DNA of 64,000 bases, taken from the NCBI GenBank assembly GCA_014729135.1, contig WJKK01000001.1, forward strand, positions 389,462 to 453,461. The letters run 5' to 3'. Both the position numbers and the translations under genes were made by a program. The notes beneath the pieces are model-generated. The model did not search any database, was not told the DNA's origin, and was given only the letters and a program-made list of their open reading frames with translations. This DNA comes from a candidate division WWE3 bacterium. GTDB lineage: Bacteria; Patescibacteriota; WWE3; UBA101185; UBA10185. Below, piece after piece: positions 1 through 10,145 of this stretch. How positions within the stretch are numbered: position 1 is the stretch's first letter; every line of letters starts with the position of its first letter.

Positions 1-9
1 GGAGTTTTT

Positions 10-342
10 ATGGCAAAAGATAAATCTAAAGAAAAAAAAGAAGTTAGAATTCGCATCAAGCTAAATGCCTATGATAGTAGGATTATGGATGCAAGTTGCG
101 ATAAGATTGTGGAAACTGCTGTAAGAACGGGTGCTAAAGTAGCGGGGCCTATTCCTTTGCCCACAAAAAAGGAGTTATTTACTGTTATTAGAGGACCTCA
201 TATTGACAAGAGGTCTCGTGAGCAATTTGAGTTAAGAACTCACAAGCGCATAATTGATGTTTTAAACCCTACCAGTTCAACTATTGATAGTCTTTCCCAT
301 TTAAACCTTCCTGCCGGTGTTGGAATTTCCCTCCAACTTTAA
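10..342 (+). CDS. rpsJ: 30S ribosomal protein S10
   Basis: IRIKLNAYD...GPIPLPT...[12 protein letters not shown] signature. Confidence 0.98.
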   Translation: MAKDKSKEKKEVRIRIKLNAYDSRIMDASCDKIVETAVRTGAKVAGPIPLPTKKELFTVIRGPHIDKRSREQFELRTHKRIIDVLNPTSSTIDSLSHLNLPAGVGISLQL

Positions 343-371
343 AATTTTCCGCAACAATTTAAGGAAAATGC

Positions 372-400
372 TTGGAATTTGCTCCAAATACTGGTACAAT
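372..400 (+). promoter_or_regulatory. sigma70-type promoter for the rplC operon
   Basis: TTGGAA-17 nt-TACAAT with an extended -10 TG. Confidence 0.6.
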
Positions 401-404
401 GCTC

Positions 405-493
405 TCCGATGCAATCTCTATTTACATAAGATTTAGCAGATTAATCGGATAGGCAATTTTTAATTTTGGGCCATCCGGCTCAAAATTTTTTTT
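405..493 (+). promoter_or_regulatory. structured 5' leader with terminator/attenuator hairpin upstream of rplC
   Basis: TCCGAT(405-410)/ATCGGA(444-449) stem; AATTTTGGGCC-ATCC-GGCTCAAAATT hairpin (462-487) followed by a T-run. Confidence 0.55.
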
Positions 494-536
494 GACTTAA
501 AAAAGCAAAAAAACTTTAGATACAGGAGTTTACAAA

Positions 537-980
537 ATGGAAACTTTGGAAATAACAGGAAAAAAACTAAACATGACCCAAGTTTTTAAAGAAGACGGGA
601 CAGTTGTACCGGTAACTCTAGTTGAGGTTGCTGCTAAACCTGAAACCGAAGAAGAAATTGAAATCAAAGGCAAATCCGTAGTTGTAACCGGAACCTCCAA
701 AGGTAAAGGATTCACCGGAGTCATTAAGCGCTGGAACTTCCAGAGACAACCCGAAACAAGAGGAGCCTCCGACAAAGTTCGTGTAGGCGGAGCTATTGGT
801 GCTCAAACTCCAGGGAGAGTCTTTAAAGGCAAGCGCATGGCCGGCCGAAGTGGAGGAAAGCGCGTAACCATTAGAGGACTTGAGATTGTCGATTTTAAAG
901 AAGACGACAATTTGATTTTAGTTTCCGGATCAATCCCTGGTCCTAGAAACTCAGAAGTTACATTAAAAGTGGAGTTATAA
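537..980 (+). CDS. rplC: 50S ribosomal protein L3 (internally shortened, 147 aa)
   Basis: GKKLNMTQVF, GTSKGKGFTGVIKRW and PGRVFKGKRMAG motifs; operon position. Confidence 0.95.
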   Translation: METLEITGKKLNMTQVFKEDGTVVPVTLVEVAAKPETEEEIEIKGKSVVVTGTSKGKGFTGVIKRWNFQRQPETRGASDKVRVGGAIGAQTPGRVFKGKRMAGRSGGKRVTIRGLEIVDFKEDDNLILVSGSIPGPRNSEVTLKVEL

Positions 981-981
981 G

Positions 982-1608
982 ATGAAAGTTAATTTTTATA
1001 CAAAAACAGGAACAAAGAAAAAAGAGCAACTTGAGATTTCAGATGCAGTATTTGGTATTGAGCCTAATGAAGCTCTTTTAACCCAATATATTCACATCTA
1101 TAAGACAAATCAGCGACAAGGTACATCTAAAGTCAAAACTCGTGCCGAAGTCTCCGGAGGCGGTAAAAAGCCCTGGCGACAAAAAGGAACCGGTAGAGCA
1201 CGTCATGGATCTATTAGAAGTCCTATTTGGCGAGGTGGCGGTATTGTTCATGGGCCTACTCCAAAGAGCTGGAAGCTAAACTTTCCCAAAAAGATGCGTG
1301 CACTTGCAATTAAATCTGCTCTAACTTACAAAGCGCAAGAAGAAGCCATTCTCGTTTTAGAAACTCCTAAGTTTGAAAAGCCATCTTCAAAAGAGATGGC
1401 TAAAATTTTGTCAAAAATGGATCTACATGGTAAGGTTTTGCTTGTGCAAAAGGAGAACGGTCTGGCCGTTAGAAAGAGCTGTGCTAACATTTCCAATCTT
1501 AAATGTGCTTTGGTTGAAACTTTAAATGCTTATGAAATTTTATTGGCTGAAAAAATAATTTTTACTGAAGATGCTTTAAAGTTTTTGGAGGAAAAATATG
1601 CGAATTAA
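982..1608 (+). CDS. rplD: 50S ribosomal protein L4
   Basis: RAEVSGGGKKPWRQKGTGRARHGS. Confidence 0.98.
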   Translation: MKVNFYTKTGTKKKEQLEISDAVFGIEPNEALLTQYIHIYKTNQRQGTSKVKTRAEVSGGGKKPWRQKGTGRARHGSIRSPIWRGGGIVHGPTPKSWKLNFPKKMRALAIKSALTYKAQEEAILVLETPKFEKPSSKEMAKILSKMDLHGKVLLVQKENGLAVRKSCANISNLKCALVETLNAYEILLAEKIIFTEDALKFLEEKYAN

Positions 1609-1888
1609 TGACGTTTTACTAAAACCCATTGTTACGGAAAAGACCATAGCGCTTTACAATCGCGAAGGTGTTTATACCTTTAAGGTTGCTCTAGATGCTA
1701 CTAAGAATCAGATTAGACAGGCTTTAAAGGACACGTTTGATGTGGAAGCCGGTGATGTTAGGACCTTGGTTATGCCAGGTAAGCGTAGAAGAATTGCAAG
1801 AACTGCTCGTTTTAAGACGACTCCTATGTTTAAGAAGGCAGTTTTTAAGTTGAAAAAAGGTAAGTTAGATTTTTATACGAGCGAGTAA
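1598..1888 (+). CDS. rplW: 50S ribosomal protein L23
   Basis: PIVTEK...YTFKV...ATK...KKA; operon position. Confidence 0.96.
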   Translation: MRINDVLLKPIVTEKTIALYNREGVYTFKVALDATKNQIRQALKDTFDVEAGDVRTLVMPGKRRRIARTARFKTTPMFKKAVFKLKKGKLDFYTSE

Positions 1889-1912
1889 ATTAAGGGCAAT
1901 TAAAGAAAGCAT

Positions 1913-2764
1913 ATGATTAAGGAACACAGACCAACAACACCGGGACAAAGAGGCCGAAGATCCTTGAAAAAGGATGTAGATAAGGTGCGTCCTAATAAAA
2001 AGCTTACAAAGTCAGCTAAAGGTCATGTTGGTAGAAATAAAGGTAAAATTTCCAGCAGGCATCGCCAGCGAGGTGCAAAAAAGCATTACCGTGTTATAGA
2101 TTTTAAGCGCGATAAAAAAGGTGTTCCTGCTAAGGTGGCTACAATAGAGCATGATCCTAATAGAGGGGCTAATATTGCTTTGCTTCATTATGTGGATGGT
2201 GAAAAGCGTTATATTTTGGCTCCGGTGGGATTGCAGCGAGGGATGGAAGTGGTCTCTTCCCCCGAGGCGGAAACTAAAGTAGGAAACTGTCTTCCTTTGC
2301 GAAACATTCCTATTGGAACTGAAATTCATAATGTAGAGCTTCGTCCGGGACGTGGTGGGCAAATGGTACGAGGTGCCGGAACTTCCGCTATAATTACAGC
2401 CAAGGAAGGAAAGTACGCTCATGTTAAACTTCCCAGTACTGAGATTAAGCGTGTTTTACTGGATTGTGTTGCTACAGTTGGAAGCTTGAGTAACCCTGAA
2501 AAGCGCAATGTGAATCTTGGTAAAGCCGGTAGAAAGCGTCATCTAGGTAGAAGGCCACATGTTAGAGGAGTAGCACATGCAAGTCCTAGAGAGCACCCTC
2601 ATGGTGGTTCTTACAAAGACAACGGAGTGGGAATGTCCTCACCAAAGACTCCTTGGGGTAAGAAGACGCGCGGTAAGAAGACTCGAAAGAGAACACACAC
2701 TGATAAATATATAGTTAAAGAGCGCCGCAGAGGAAAGAAAAAGAGCGGTGGGAGCAATAGATAA
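1913..2764 (+). CDS. rplB: 50S ribosomal protein L2
   Basis: [29 protein letters not shown]. Confidence 0.98.
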   Translation: MIKEHRPTTPGQRGRRSLKKDVDKVRPNKKLTKSAKGHVGRNKGKISSRHRQRGAKKHYRVIDFKRDKKGVPAKVATIEHDPNRGANIALLHYVDGEKRYILAPVGLQRGMEVVSSPEAETKVGNCLPLRNIPIGTEIHNVELRPGRGGQMVRGAGTSAIITAKEGKYAHVKLPSTEIKRVLLDCVATVGSLSNPEKRNVNLGKAGRKRHLGRRPHVRGVAHASPREHPHGGSYKDNGVGMSSPKTPWGKKTRGKKTRKRTHTDKYIVKERRRGKKKSGGSNR

Positions 2765-2766
2765 AA

Positions 2767-3063
2767 ATGGCTAGATCACTTAAAAAAGGTCCTTTTGTGG
2801 ACGAAAAATTAATGAAAAAAGTTAAGAAGGCTAAAGCTGAAAATGACAGAAAGCCTATTAAAACCTGGTCCAGACGTTCTACGGTAATTCCGGAGATGCT
2901 TGGGCTTACTATTGCAATTCATAACGGTAGAAAACACATAGAAGTTTTAATAACGGAGCCCATGGTAGGTCATAAGTTAGGCGAGTTTGCTCCTACTAGA
3001 ACATTTAGAGGGCACTCTTCCAAGAAGTTAACAGAAAAGAAAAAGAAGAAAGGTATTGTTTAA
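2767..3063 (+). CDS. rpsS: 30S ribosomal protein S19
   Basis: [10 protein letters not shown]...[11 protein letters not shown]. Confidence 0.98.
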   Translation: MARSLKKGPFVDEKLMKKVKKAKAENDRKPIKTWSRRSTVIPEMLGLTIAIHNGRKHIEVLITEPMVGHKLGEFAPTRTFRGHSSKKLTEKKKKKGIV

Positions 3064-3066
3064 AAA

Positions 3067-3420
3067 ATGACACCTAAAGCACAAGTTTACGCAAAATATA
3101 AAGGAGCCAGAACGTCTGTAAAAAAGGCGCGTACTGTAGCTGACTTGATTCGAGGCAAGGATCTTAAAGATGCTAAGGTGACTTTGGCTTTTCATCAGTC
3201 AAAGGCAGCTAACTTGTTTTTGCAGGTTTTAAAATCAGCGGAAGCTAATGCAGTTAATAACAACAAGCTAAATCCTGCTACGCTTTATGTAGCGGATGCT
3301 CAAGTTTCTCCCGGCCCCACAATGAAGCGGGCTCGAATTGTTGCTTACTCACGGGTTAATCCCATTTTAAAGCGAACGGCTCATTTGGTAGTTGGTTTAT
3401 CCGAGAAGGAGAATAAGTAA
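3067..3420 (+). CDS. rplV: 50S ribosomal protein L22
   Basis: KARTVADLIRGK...SAEANA...KRTAH. Confidence 0.96.
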   Translation: MTPKAQVYAKYKGARTSVKKARTVADLIRGKDLKDAKVTLAFHQSKAANLFLQVLKSAEANAVNNNKLNPATLYVADAQVSPGPTMKRARIVAYSRVNPILKRTAHLVVGLSEKENK

Positions 3421-4056
3421 ATGGGTCAGAAAATACATCCATATGGTTTTAGAGTAGGAGTTTCCAAGCCTTGGCGATCTAATTGGTTTGCTGATAGAGG
3501 TCAGTATGCTGATTTGGCTTTAGAGGATCATAAGATTCGGGAGTTTTTGGAAGAGCGTTTGTTTAATGCGGGACTTAAAGAGATTATGATTAAGCGTTCT
3601 GTAAATGAGTTGGACATTATTTTAAAGGTGTCTCGTCCCGGTTTGGTTATTGGTAGAGGAGGTTCAGGGATTCAGCAGTTGGAGCAAGATCTTCGCGACT
3701 TTACAAAGTCTAAGATCAAGATGACTGTTGAGGAAATTAAGACTCCTGAGTTGGAGGCAAAGCTGGTTGCAGAGTATATTAGTCGTCAAATTAAGCGCCG
3801 TATGCCTTATAGAAGGACTATTAAGTCGGCAATTCGTTCCGGAATGGATAAGGGTGCTAAGGGAATTAAGATTCGTGTTTCAGGTGTTTTAAGCGGCGGT
3901 AATACAATTGCTCGTTCTGAGGTTTATTCCGAGGGATCAATTCCCACGCAAACTTTACGTGCCAATATTGACTATGCTCAGCATCACTGCAAGCTTTTAT
4001 TTGGAACTATTGGAATTAAGGTGTGGATTTATAAAGGTGAGGAGGATATTTCGTAA
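3421..4056 (+). CDS. rpsC: 30S ribosomal protein S3
   Basis: [15 protein letters not shown] GxxG motif, GIKVWIYKG. Confidence 0.98.
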   Translation: MGQKIHPYGFRVGVSKPWRSNWFADRGQYADLALEDHKIREFLEERLFNAGLKEIMIKRSVNELDIILKVSRPGLVIGRGGSGIQQLEQDLRDFTKSKIKMTVEEIKTPELEAKLVAEYISRQIKRRMPYRRTIKSAIRSGMDKGAKGIKIRVSGVLSGGNTIARSEVYSEGSIPTQTLRANIDYAQHHCKLLFGTIGIKVWIYKGEEDIS

Positions 4057-4478
4057 TGTTGTTACCAAAGAGAGTAAAATACCGCTCAACCATGCGTGGA
4101 AAAAACAGGGGAGTTGCTACAAGAGGTTTTACCGTAAACTTTGGTGATTTTGGTTTGAAGGCTTTGGAGCACGGATATGTTTCTTCTCGTCAGATAGAGG
4201 CAGCGCGAAAAGCTATTACGCATAGAACAAAGCGAACAGGTAAGATCTGGATTCGGATTTTTCCCGATAAGCCCATTCCTAAGAAGCCGAATGAAACTCG
4301 AATGGGAAAGGGAAAGTCTCCAACGGATCACTATGCTGCCGTAGTTAAGCCCGGGACAATACTGTTTGAGATCGCCGGAGTTTCTGATGAGCTTGCACGA
4401 TCTGCTATGAGAAGGGCTTCTGATAAGTTAGGTATTAAAACAAAAGTGGTAAGTTCTGATGTTTTTGGAGGGAAATAA
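4056..4478 (+). CDS. rplP: 50S ribosomal protein L16
   Basis: [10 protein letters not shown]...RIFPDKP...RMGKGK. Confidence 0.98.
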   Translation: MLLPKRVKYRSTMRGKNRGVATRGFTVNFGDFGLKALEHGYVSSRQIEAARKAITHRTKRTGKIWIRIFPDKPIPKKPNETRMGKGKSPTDHYAAVVKPGTILFEIAGVSDELARSAMRRASDKLGIKTKVVSSDVFGGK

Positions 4479-4481
4479 ATT

Positions 4482-4682
4482 ATGATAGCTGCGGATTTAC
4501 GAAAAAAGACAATAGAAGATTTGGAAAAGCTTGCTAAAAAGACAAAACAGGAAGTTGCTGAAATGCGCTTAGAAGTTATTAAAGAAAAAGAGTCAAATGT
4601 GACAAAAATTAGGGATTTGAGGAAGGATTATGCTAGAATCCTCACTGTTCTTAATGAGAAAAGGAGAAATAACAATGCCTAA
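4482..4682 (+). CDS. rpmC: 50S ribosomal protein L29
   Basis: DLR...LRKDYARILTVLNE; operon position. Confidence 0.93.
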   Translation: MIAADLRKKTIEDLEKLAKKTKQEVAEMRLEVIKEKESNVTKIRDLRKDYARILTVLNEKRRNNNA

Positions 4683-4911
4683 AAAGATATTAAAGGGAAC
4701 AGTAGTTTCCGACAAAATGGAAAAAACAGTAGTAATTGCTGTAGATGTGGCTAAAAAGCATCCGTTGTATACAAAAGCTATTACCAAAACAAAAAGATAT
4801 AAGGCGCATGATGAGTTGGGCGTTAAAGAGGGTACTGAAGTGATAATAGAGGAAAGCCGTCCTTACAGTAAAGAGGTTACTTGGATAGTTAAGGAAGTTG
4901 TTGAGGAGTAA
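4675..4911 (+). CDS. rpsQ: 30S ribosomal protein S17 (start moved to ATG 4675)
   Basis: [13 protein letters not shown]...HPLY...RPYSK; AGGAG SD upstream of 4675. Confidence 0.96.
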   Translation: MPKKILKGTVVSDKMEKTVVIAVDVAKKHPLYTKAITKTKRYKAHDELGVKEGTEVIIEESRPYSKEVTWIVKEVVEE

Positions 4912-4913
4912 GC

Positions 4914-5282
4914 ATGATCCCTGTAGGAACTACGCTAAGATTAGCCGACAACTCCGGAGCCCGCCGCTTAAAGGTTATTGGTATCCCCGGAGCAGGTCGA
5001 AGAAGGTTTGCAGGTTTGGGCGACACTGTAGTTGCAGCCGTTAAAGGAGCCTCTTCCACAGGCGTCGTAAAAGATCACTCTGTTGTTAAAGCTGTTTTAG
5101 TTAGAACCAAAAAAGAGACTCGAAGAAAAGACGGCAGCTACATTAGATTTGGCGACAATGCTGCCATAGTAGTTAATGCTGACGGAAACATGATAGGAAC
5201 TCGTGTATTTGGTCCCGTAGCCCGAGAATTAAGAGACCGCGGATTTATGAGAATTGTTTCATTAGCTAAGGAAGTTTGGTAA
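4914..5282 (+). CDS. rplN: 50S ribosomal protein L14
   Basis: ADNSGA...[13 protein letters not shown]. Confidence 0.98.
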   Translation: MIPVGTTLRLADNSGARRLKVIGIPGAGRRRFAGLGDTVVAAVKGASSTGVVKDHSVVKAVLVRTKKETRRKDGSYIRFGDNAAIVVNADGNMIGTRVFGPVARELRDRGFMRIVSLAKEVW

Positions 5283-5286
5283 TTCT

Positions 5287-5607
5287 ATGAAATTAAGAAC
5301 AGGTGACAAAGTAAAAGTTATAACCGGTAAGGATAAGGGGAAGATCAGCACTGTTTTAAAGGTGCTTCCTTCTAAGAATAAGGTGATTGTTGAGGATGTG
5401 AATAAGGTTAAAAAGCATGTTAAACCGGGGCAGGTTTCTGAGGAGGGTGGAATTATTGAGATAGAAAAGCCTATTGATGCTTCAAATGTTATGTATTATG
5501 AGGAAAGTGAGAAGGCGGTTACTAGAATTGGGTTTAAGTTTGAAGATGGTAAAAAAGTGCGTATTTCTAAGAAGACGGGTAAAGTTTTAAAGTCTAAGGA
5601 AGATTAA
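5287..5607 (+). CDS. rplX: 50S ribosomal protein L24
   Basis: KOW motif GDKVKVITGKDKGK; EKPIDASNV. Confidence 0.98.
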   Translation: MKLRTGDKVKVITGKDKGKISTVLKVLPSKNKVIVEDVNKVKKHVKPGQVSEEGGIIEIEKPIDASNVMYYEESEKAVTRIGFKFEDGKKVRISKKTGKVLKSKED

Positions 5608-6156
5608 ATGTCAGAAAGATTGCAAGTAAAATATAAAGAGGAGATTTTGCCGGAGCTTGTAAAGGAGCTCAAGTTGGAGAATTCTATGTCTGCTCCTTCT
5701 ATTAAGAAGGTTTCGGTTAATGCGGGAATTGGAGAGTTTAGGGAGAGTCATGATGCTGTTGAGGCCTTTAAGGAAGAGATGACGGCTTTGTTGGGACAAG
5801 CTCCTCAGGAGCGCCCCGCAAAAAAGGCTATTTCAGGTTTTAAACTGCAGAAGGGTGACATTGTTGGAATTTCTGCTACACTACGTGGGGACAAAATGTG
5901 GGCTTTTATTGATAAGCTTGTTAATATCGTCTTGCCTCGTGTTAGAGATTTTAGAGGTTTGGAAACTACTGCATTTGATGAGCATGGGAACTATTCGATT
6001 GGTTTGGATGATCATACGATTTTTCCTGAGGTTAATCCTAATAAGGTTAAGGAGAGCCGTCCTATGCAGATAAATATTGTTACAAGTGCTGAAACTAAGG
6101 AGGCAAGTGAGCTGCTACTGAGGAAGTTAGGTTTTCCTTTAAAGAAAGAAAAATAA
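5608..6156 (+). CDS. rplE: 50S ribosomal protein L5
   Basis: TLRG...LPRVRDFRG...FDxxGNY. Confidence 0.98.
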   Translation: MSERLQVKYKEEILPELVKELKLENSMSAPSIKKVSVNAGIGEFRESHDAVEAFKEEMTALLGQAPQERPAKKAISGFKLQKGDIVGISATLRGDKMWAFIDKLVNIVLPRVRDFRGLETTAFDEHGNYSIGLDDHTIFPEVNPNKVKESRPMQINIVTSAETKEASELLLRKLGFPLKKEK

Positions 6157-6157
6157 A

Positions 6158-6343
6158 ATGGCTAAAAAAGCACTATTAGAAAAACACAAAAAACCAAGGA
6201 AGTTTAAAGTTCGTGAATACAATCGTTGTGAAATTTGCGGTAATCCTCGCGGATACATGCGCCGTTTCAAGATTTGCAGAAAATGTTTTAGAGAGTTAGC
6301 TCACAAGGGAGTATTGCCCGGTGTAAAGAAAGCAAGCTGGTAA
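6158..6343 (+). CDS. rpsZ: 30S ribosomal protein S14, Zn-binding type Z
   Basis: 61 aa, CxxC...Cxx[10 protein letters not shown]. Confidence 0.97.
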   Translation: MAKKALLEKHKKPRKFKVREYNRCEICGNPRGYMRRFKICRKCFRELAHKGVLPGVKKASW

Positions 6344-6345
6344 CT

Positions 6346-6741
6346 ATGGATACTTTATCAAACATGTTAAGTACAATTAAAAATGCTTATTTGGTAAGAA
6401 AAGAGGCTGTAGAAGTACCTTATTCCAAGCAAAGTGAAGCTGTGGCAAAAGTTTTGGAAGCATCCGGTTTTGTGAAAAAAGTTAAATCCTTTAAGCACAA
6501 AGGCAAAGCTTACAAGGGTTTAAGTATCGAACTTTCCTATGACGAAACTGATTTACCCAAGTTAATGAATGTACGCCGAATTTCTAAGCCCGGAAGAAGA
6601 ATTTATAAAAAAGCTGATGAAATTCGTTCTGTTAAAGGTGGTTATGGAGTATTAGTAGTTTCCACTCCCCGCGGTATCATGTCTGGTGATGAGGCCAGAA
6701 AGCGCCGTTTAGGAGGAGAATTAATTTGCGAGGTTTGGTAA
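6346..6741 (+). CDS. rpsH: 30S ribosomal protein S8
   Basis: RISKPGRRIY...STPRG...GGELICEVW. Confidence 0.98.
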   Translation: MDTLSNMLSTIKNAYLVRKEAVEVPYSKQSEAVAKVLEASGFVKKVKSFKHKGKAYKGLSIELSYDETDLPKLMNVRRISKPGRRIYKKADEIRSVKGGYGVLVVSTPRGIMSGDEARKRRLGGELICEVW

Positions 6742-6742
6742 T

Positions 6743-7288
6743 ATGTCTAGAATAGGTAAACAACCGGTGGAGCTTCCCCGTGGAGTCGAGGTAACAATAG
6801 AAAAGACTTTGGTAAAGTTCAAGGGCCCTAAAGGCAACTTAGAGGTTCCTTTACGTTCTGATGTTTCAGTGGAAAAAGTGGAAGATAAGTTGGTGGTTAG
6901 TTCCCGAAACAAGCAGACTAAGGCCTTTTGGGGATTGACACGTGCTCTTTTGGCTAACGCTGTTAAAGGTGTTACGGAAGGCTACGAAAAGGAGTTGGAG
7001 CTTGTGGGAGTTGGTTATCGTGCAAAAAAGCAGGGAAATGACCTTTTTCTGACATTGGGCTTTTCTCATCCGGTTGAGTTTAAAGCCCCTGAGGGAATAG
7101 AATTTGATGTTCCCGACAATAAGAATATTAAAATTACGGGAATTGATAAACAGCTTGTTGGTTTAACGGCTGCCAAGATTCGTCAGTTGAGAAAGCCGGA
7201 ACCTTATAAAGGTAAGGGAATCCGTTACAAAGGAGAAGTTGTTCGTCGTAAGCCGGGTAAATCCTTGGTAGGAGCAGGAGCAGCATAG
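6743..7288 (+). CDS. rplF: 50S ribosomal protein L6
   Basis: MSRIGK...PEPYKGKGIRY. Confidence 0.98.
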   Translation: MSRIGKQPVELPRGVEVTIEKTLVKFKGPKGNLEVPLRSDVSVEKVEDKLVVSSRNKQTKAFWGLTRALLANAVKGVTEGYEKELELVGVGYRAKKQGNDLFLTLGFSHPVEFKAPEGIEFDVPDNKNIKITGIDKQLVGLTAAKIRQLRKPEPYKGKGIRYKGEVVRRKPGKSLVGAGAA

Positions 7289-7303
7289 TTTTAGGAAATA
7301 AAT

Positions 7304-7666
7304 ATGGTAAAAGTACAAGTAAAGACAGCTAAAGAACGTAGAAAAACACGCACAGCAACAGGCATTCATGGAACATCTGATAGGCCTCGTTTAAGTGTAA
7401 ATCGATCTAATCGTTATATTTACGCACAATTAATTGATGACGATGCTAGAGAGACTTTAGTTACAATAGATGATGTTGCTAAAAAAGCTCATGAGGAAAA
7501 GGGCGTTACTAAAAAGCAGGCAGCCTTTAAGTTGGGCAAGACCTTAGCAGAAAGAGCTACTAAAAAAGGAATTAAGGAGGCTGTTTTTGATAAAGGATCT
7601 TACAGATTTCATGGGCGTGTGAAAAATTTGGCTCAAGGTGCCCGTGAAGGAGGTTTAAAGTTTTAA
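7304..7666 (+). CDS. rplR: 50S ribosomal protein L18
   Basis: RPRLSV...YAQLIDD...HGRVK...AREGGLKF. Confidence 0.98.
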   Translation: MVKVQVKTAKERRKTRTATGIHGTSDRPRLSVNRSNRYIYAQLIDDDARETLVTIDDVAKKAHEEKGVTKKQAAFKLGKTLAERATKKGIKEAVFDKGSYRFHGRVKNLAQGAREGGLKF

Positions 7667-7669
7667 AAT

Positions 7670-8122
7670 ATGGCTAGAAGAGGTTATAGACAAGAAAAAG
7701 AATATATAGAAAAAGTAGTTGATATTCGTCGTGTCTCCAAAAAGACTAAAGGAGGAGATCAAATGGCTTTTACAGCTTTGGTGGTTGTGGGAAATAAAAA
7801 AGGGAGTATTGGTACCGGTCTTGCCAAGTCTAAAGATGTAGTTTCAGGTATCAAAAAGTCTATTAAGGATGCGCATCGCAATTTAGTTACGGTTAAGACA
7901 ACGGATGATACTATTGCGCATGAGGTGCAAGCTAAGTACGGCGGGGCCGAGGTTTTGATTAAGCCCGCTCCTGAAGGAACCGGTTTAATTGCCGGTGGTG
8001 CTGTGCGAATAGTTTTGGAGTTAGCCGGAGTTAAAAATGCATCCGCTAAAATGCTTGGAAGTAACAACAAGATTTCCAATGTAAGATGCACTATTAAGGC
8101 TTTGCAGAAGTTGCGAGAATAA
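7670..8122 (+). CDS. rpsE: 30S ribosomal protein S5
   Basis: RVSKKTKGG...PAPEGTGLIAGG. Confidence 0.98.
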   Translation: MARRGYRQEKEYIEKVVDIRRVSKKTKGGDQMAFTALVVVGNKKGSIGTGLAKSKDVVSGIKKSIKDAHRNLVTVKTTDDTIAHEVQAKYGGAEVLIKPAPEGTGLIAGGAVRIVLELAGVKNASAKMLGSNNKISNVRCTIKALQKLRE

Positions 8123-8146
8123 GCACTAGTTTAGCAGTTTAAAATC

Positions 8147-8596
8147 ATGGATTTAAGTAAACTAAAAAAACAAAAAGGAATAAAAAACCCCTCTAAAAGA
8201 GTTGGCCGAGGTTGTGGTAGCGGTAAGGGAATGCACACTGTAGGTGCCGGAATGAAGGGGCAGCTGTCCCGAAGTGGTGGTAAGCCTCCTGTTGGATTTG
8301 AAGGTGGTCAGGTTCCTTTGTACAAGCGCCTCCCACACATTGGCGGATTTAGAAATCCTCGCAGTAAGAAAATAGCAGCAATCTCTTTAGAAACTTTAAA
8401 CACCTTTCGTAAAGGCAGCACCGTAACTCCTCAAGATTTAGTTGAAAAAAAGATATTAAAGAGAGTTCCAAGACATGGTGTTAAAATTCTTGCAAACGGA
8501 GAACTTGAAAAAGAGCTTAAATTACAAGGATTTTTAATGTCCAAATCTGCTCGCGCTAAAATTGAGAAGTCCGGTTCTGAAATTTTAGATGCTTAA
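8147..8596 (+). CDS. rplO: 50S ribosomal protein L15
   Basis: RVGRGCGSGKG...GFEGGQVPLYKRLP. Confidence 0.98.
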   Translation: MDLSKLKKQKGIKNPSKRVGRGCGSGKGMHTVGAGMKGQLSRSGGKPPVGFEGGQVPLYKRLPHIGGFRNPRSKKIAAISLETLNTFRKGSTVTPQDLVEKKILKRVPRHGVKILANGELEKELKLQGFLMSKSARAKIEKSGSEILDA

Positions 8597-9845
8597 ACTT
8601 TTAAAAAACGAAGAAATACGCAAAAAGCTTTTGTTTACGCTTGGTGTAATTGTGCTTTTTCGTTTTCTGGCCCACATTCCCGTTCCCGGCGTTGATACCG
8701 CTACAATTCGCTCTTATCTGGATCAAAGCCGAATTCTTGGGATTTTTGATTTGTTCAGTGGCGGTGCTTTTCGAAACTTCTCCATTGTTACTTTAGGTGT
8801 AGGTCCTTACATCAACGCCTCCATTATTATTCAGCTTCTAACTATGATGATTCCTTCTTTTGAGGAGCTTTCCAAGGAGGGGGAGTACGGGCGTGAAAAG
8901 CTTAATATGTACACAAAACTTTTGACCTTGCCTTTAGGGATTATTCAAGCTTACGGGATGTACTTTCTTTTAAGTCGCCAACAAGGAGTTTTACGTTTTA
9001 CGGATTTTTTTGGAATTGCTCTTTTTATAGTTACGCTAATCGGCGGTACTATGCTTCTAACTTGGATAGGAGATTTGGTTAGTGAGTATGGCTTAGGTAA
9101 CGGGATCTCCATTTTGATTTTTGTAGGAATTATTAGCCGGTTGCCTTCAGGTGCTTTGTCTTTTGTTTATGGGTTTTCTCCGGAGCAGTCGCTTATGTCT
9201 TTGGCTTTTATAATTTTGTCCTTGCTGATCATCTTAGGAGTGGTTCTTGTAAACGAAGGTACTCGAAATGTTCCTATTGAGTATGGTCGTCGCGGAACTC
9301 GCTCTACAAAGGTTACAAACTATCTTCCTATTAAAATTAATCAAGCAGGAGTTATTCCGATAATTTTTGCCGTTTCCTTGGTTTCAGTTCCAAGTTTAAT
9401 TAGTGGCCCTTTGCAGGCTTCCGGTAATGCCGCACTTCAGGGAATTGGGGATTTTTTGCTTTTAAATTTTAATCAGAATTCCCTTTTGTATAACGCTTTT
9501 TACTTCTTTTTGGTTTTTGGATTTACTTATTTTTATACTTCTGTCCAATTTGATCCTGAAAAAATAGCGGATGATGTTAAGCGTCGAGGTGGTTTTATTC
9601 CGGGTATTCGTCCGGGTAAGTCTACTGCGCGTTATTTAAATGGAATTGTTACACGTTTGACGTTTTGGGGAGCTATGTTTTTAGGTTTTATTGCAATTAT
9701 GCCTTTCTTAATTGGAAATGTTTTAGGTATTGCCGGTTTATCCTTAGGAGGCACGGGCCTTTTAATTGTGGTTTCTACGGTTTTGGATACGGTTCGCCAA
9801 GTGGATTCTCTGAAGGTTAGCAGGGATTACAGCAGTTACCTCTAA
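8589..9845 (+). CDS. secY: preprotein translocase subunit SecY
   Basis: multi-TM protein; LGVGPYINASII, GLGNGIS, GVIPIIFA, FIPGIRPG. Confidence 0.98.
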   Translation: MLKLLKNEEIRKKLLFTLGVIVLFRFLAHIPVPGVDTATIRSYLDQSRILGIFDLFSGGAFRNFSIVTLGVGPYINASIIIQLLTMMIPSFEELSKEGEYGREKLNMYTKLLTLPLGIIQAYGMYFLLSRQQGVLRFTDFFGIALFIVTLIGGTMLLTWIGDLVSEYGLGNGISILIFVGIISRLPSGALSFVYGFSPEQSLMSLAFIILSLLIILGVVLVNEGTRNVPIEYGRRGTRSTKVTNYLPIKINQAGVIPIIFAVSLVSVPSLISGPLQASGNAALQGIGDFLLLNFNQNSLLYNAFYFFLVFGFTYFYTSVQFDPEKIADDVKRRGGFIPGIRPGKSTARYLNGIVTRLTFWGAMFLGFIAIMPFLIGNVLGIAGLSLGGTGLLIVVSTVLDTVRQVDSLKVSRDYSSYL

Positions 9846-9878
9846 GAGTTTTTAGAGTACTGTATAATTAGATTTATT

Positions 9879-10142
9879 ATGTTTGATAAAGTTAAAAAAA
9901 TGAATGAGCTGCGAAAGGCTCAATCAAAAATCCAAAAACAATTAGAAGAAATTTACGTAACCGAAGAATCAGGAGATGTTGAGGTTGTTATTAGAGGGGA
10001 TAAACATATTGAAAAAATCTTGATTAATGGCGAGGAAGATAAGAATTTGTTAAAGGTTTTAAACTCTGCCATGAAGAGTGTTGATAAAAAGGTGCAAAAG
10101 AAGATGCGCTCTCAACTATCCGAATTAGGTTTGGGAATTTAA
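9879..10142 (+). CDS. YbaB/EbfC-family nucleoid-associated protein
   Basis: 87 aa; KAQxKIQKQL, GDVEVVIRGD and LNxAMK pattern typical of YbaB/EbfC. Confidence 0.7.
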   Translation: MFDKVKKMNELRKAQSKIQKQLEEIYVTEESGDVEVVIRGDKHIEKILINGEEDKNLLKVLNSAMKSVDKKVQKKMRSQLSELGLGI

Positions 10143-10145
10143 GCC

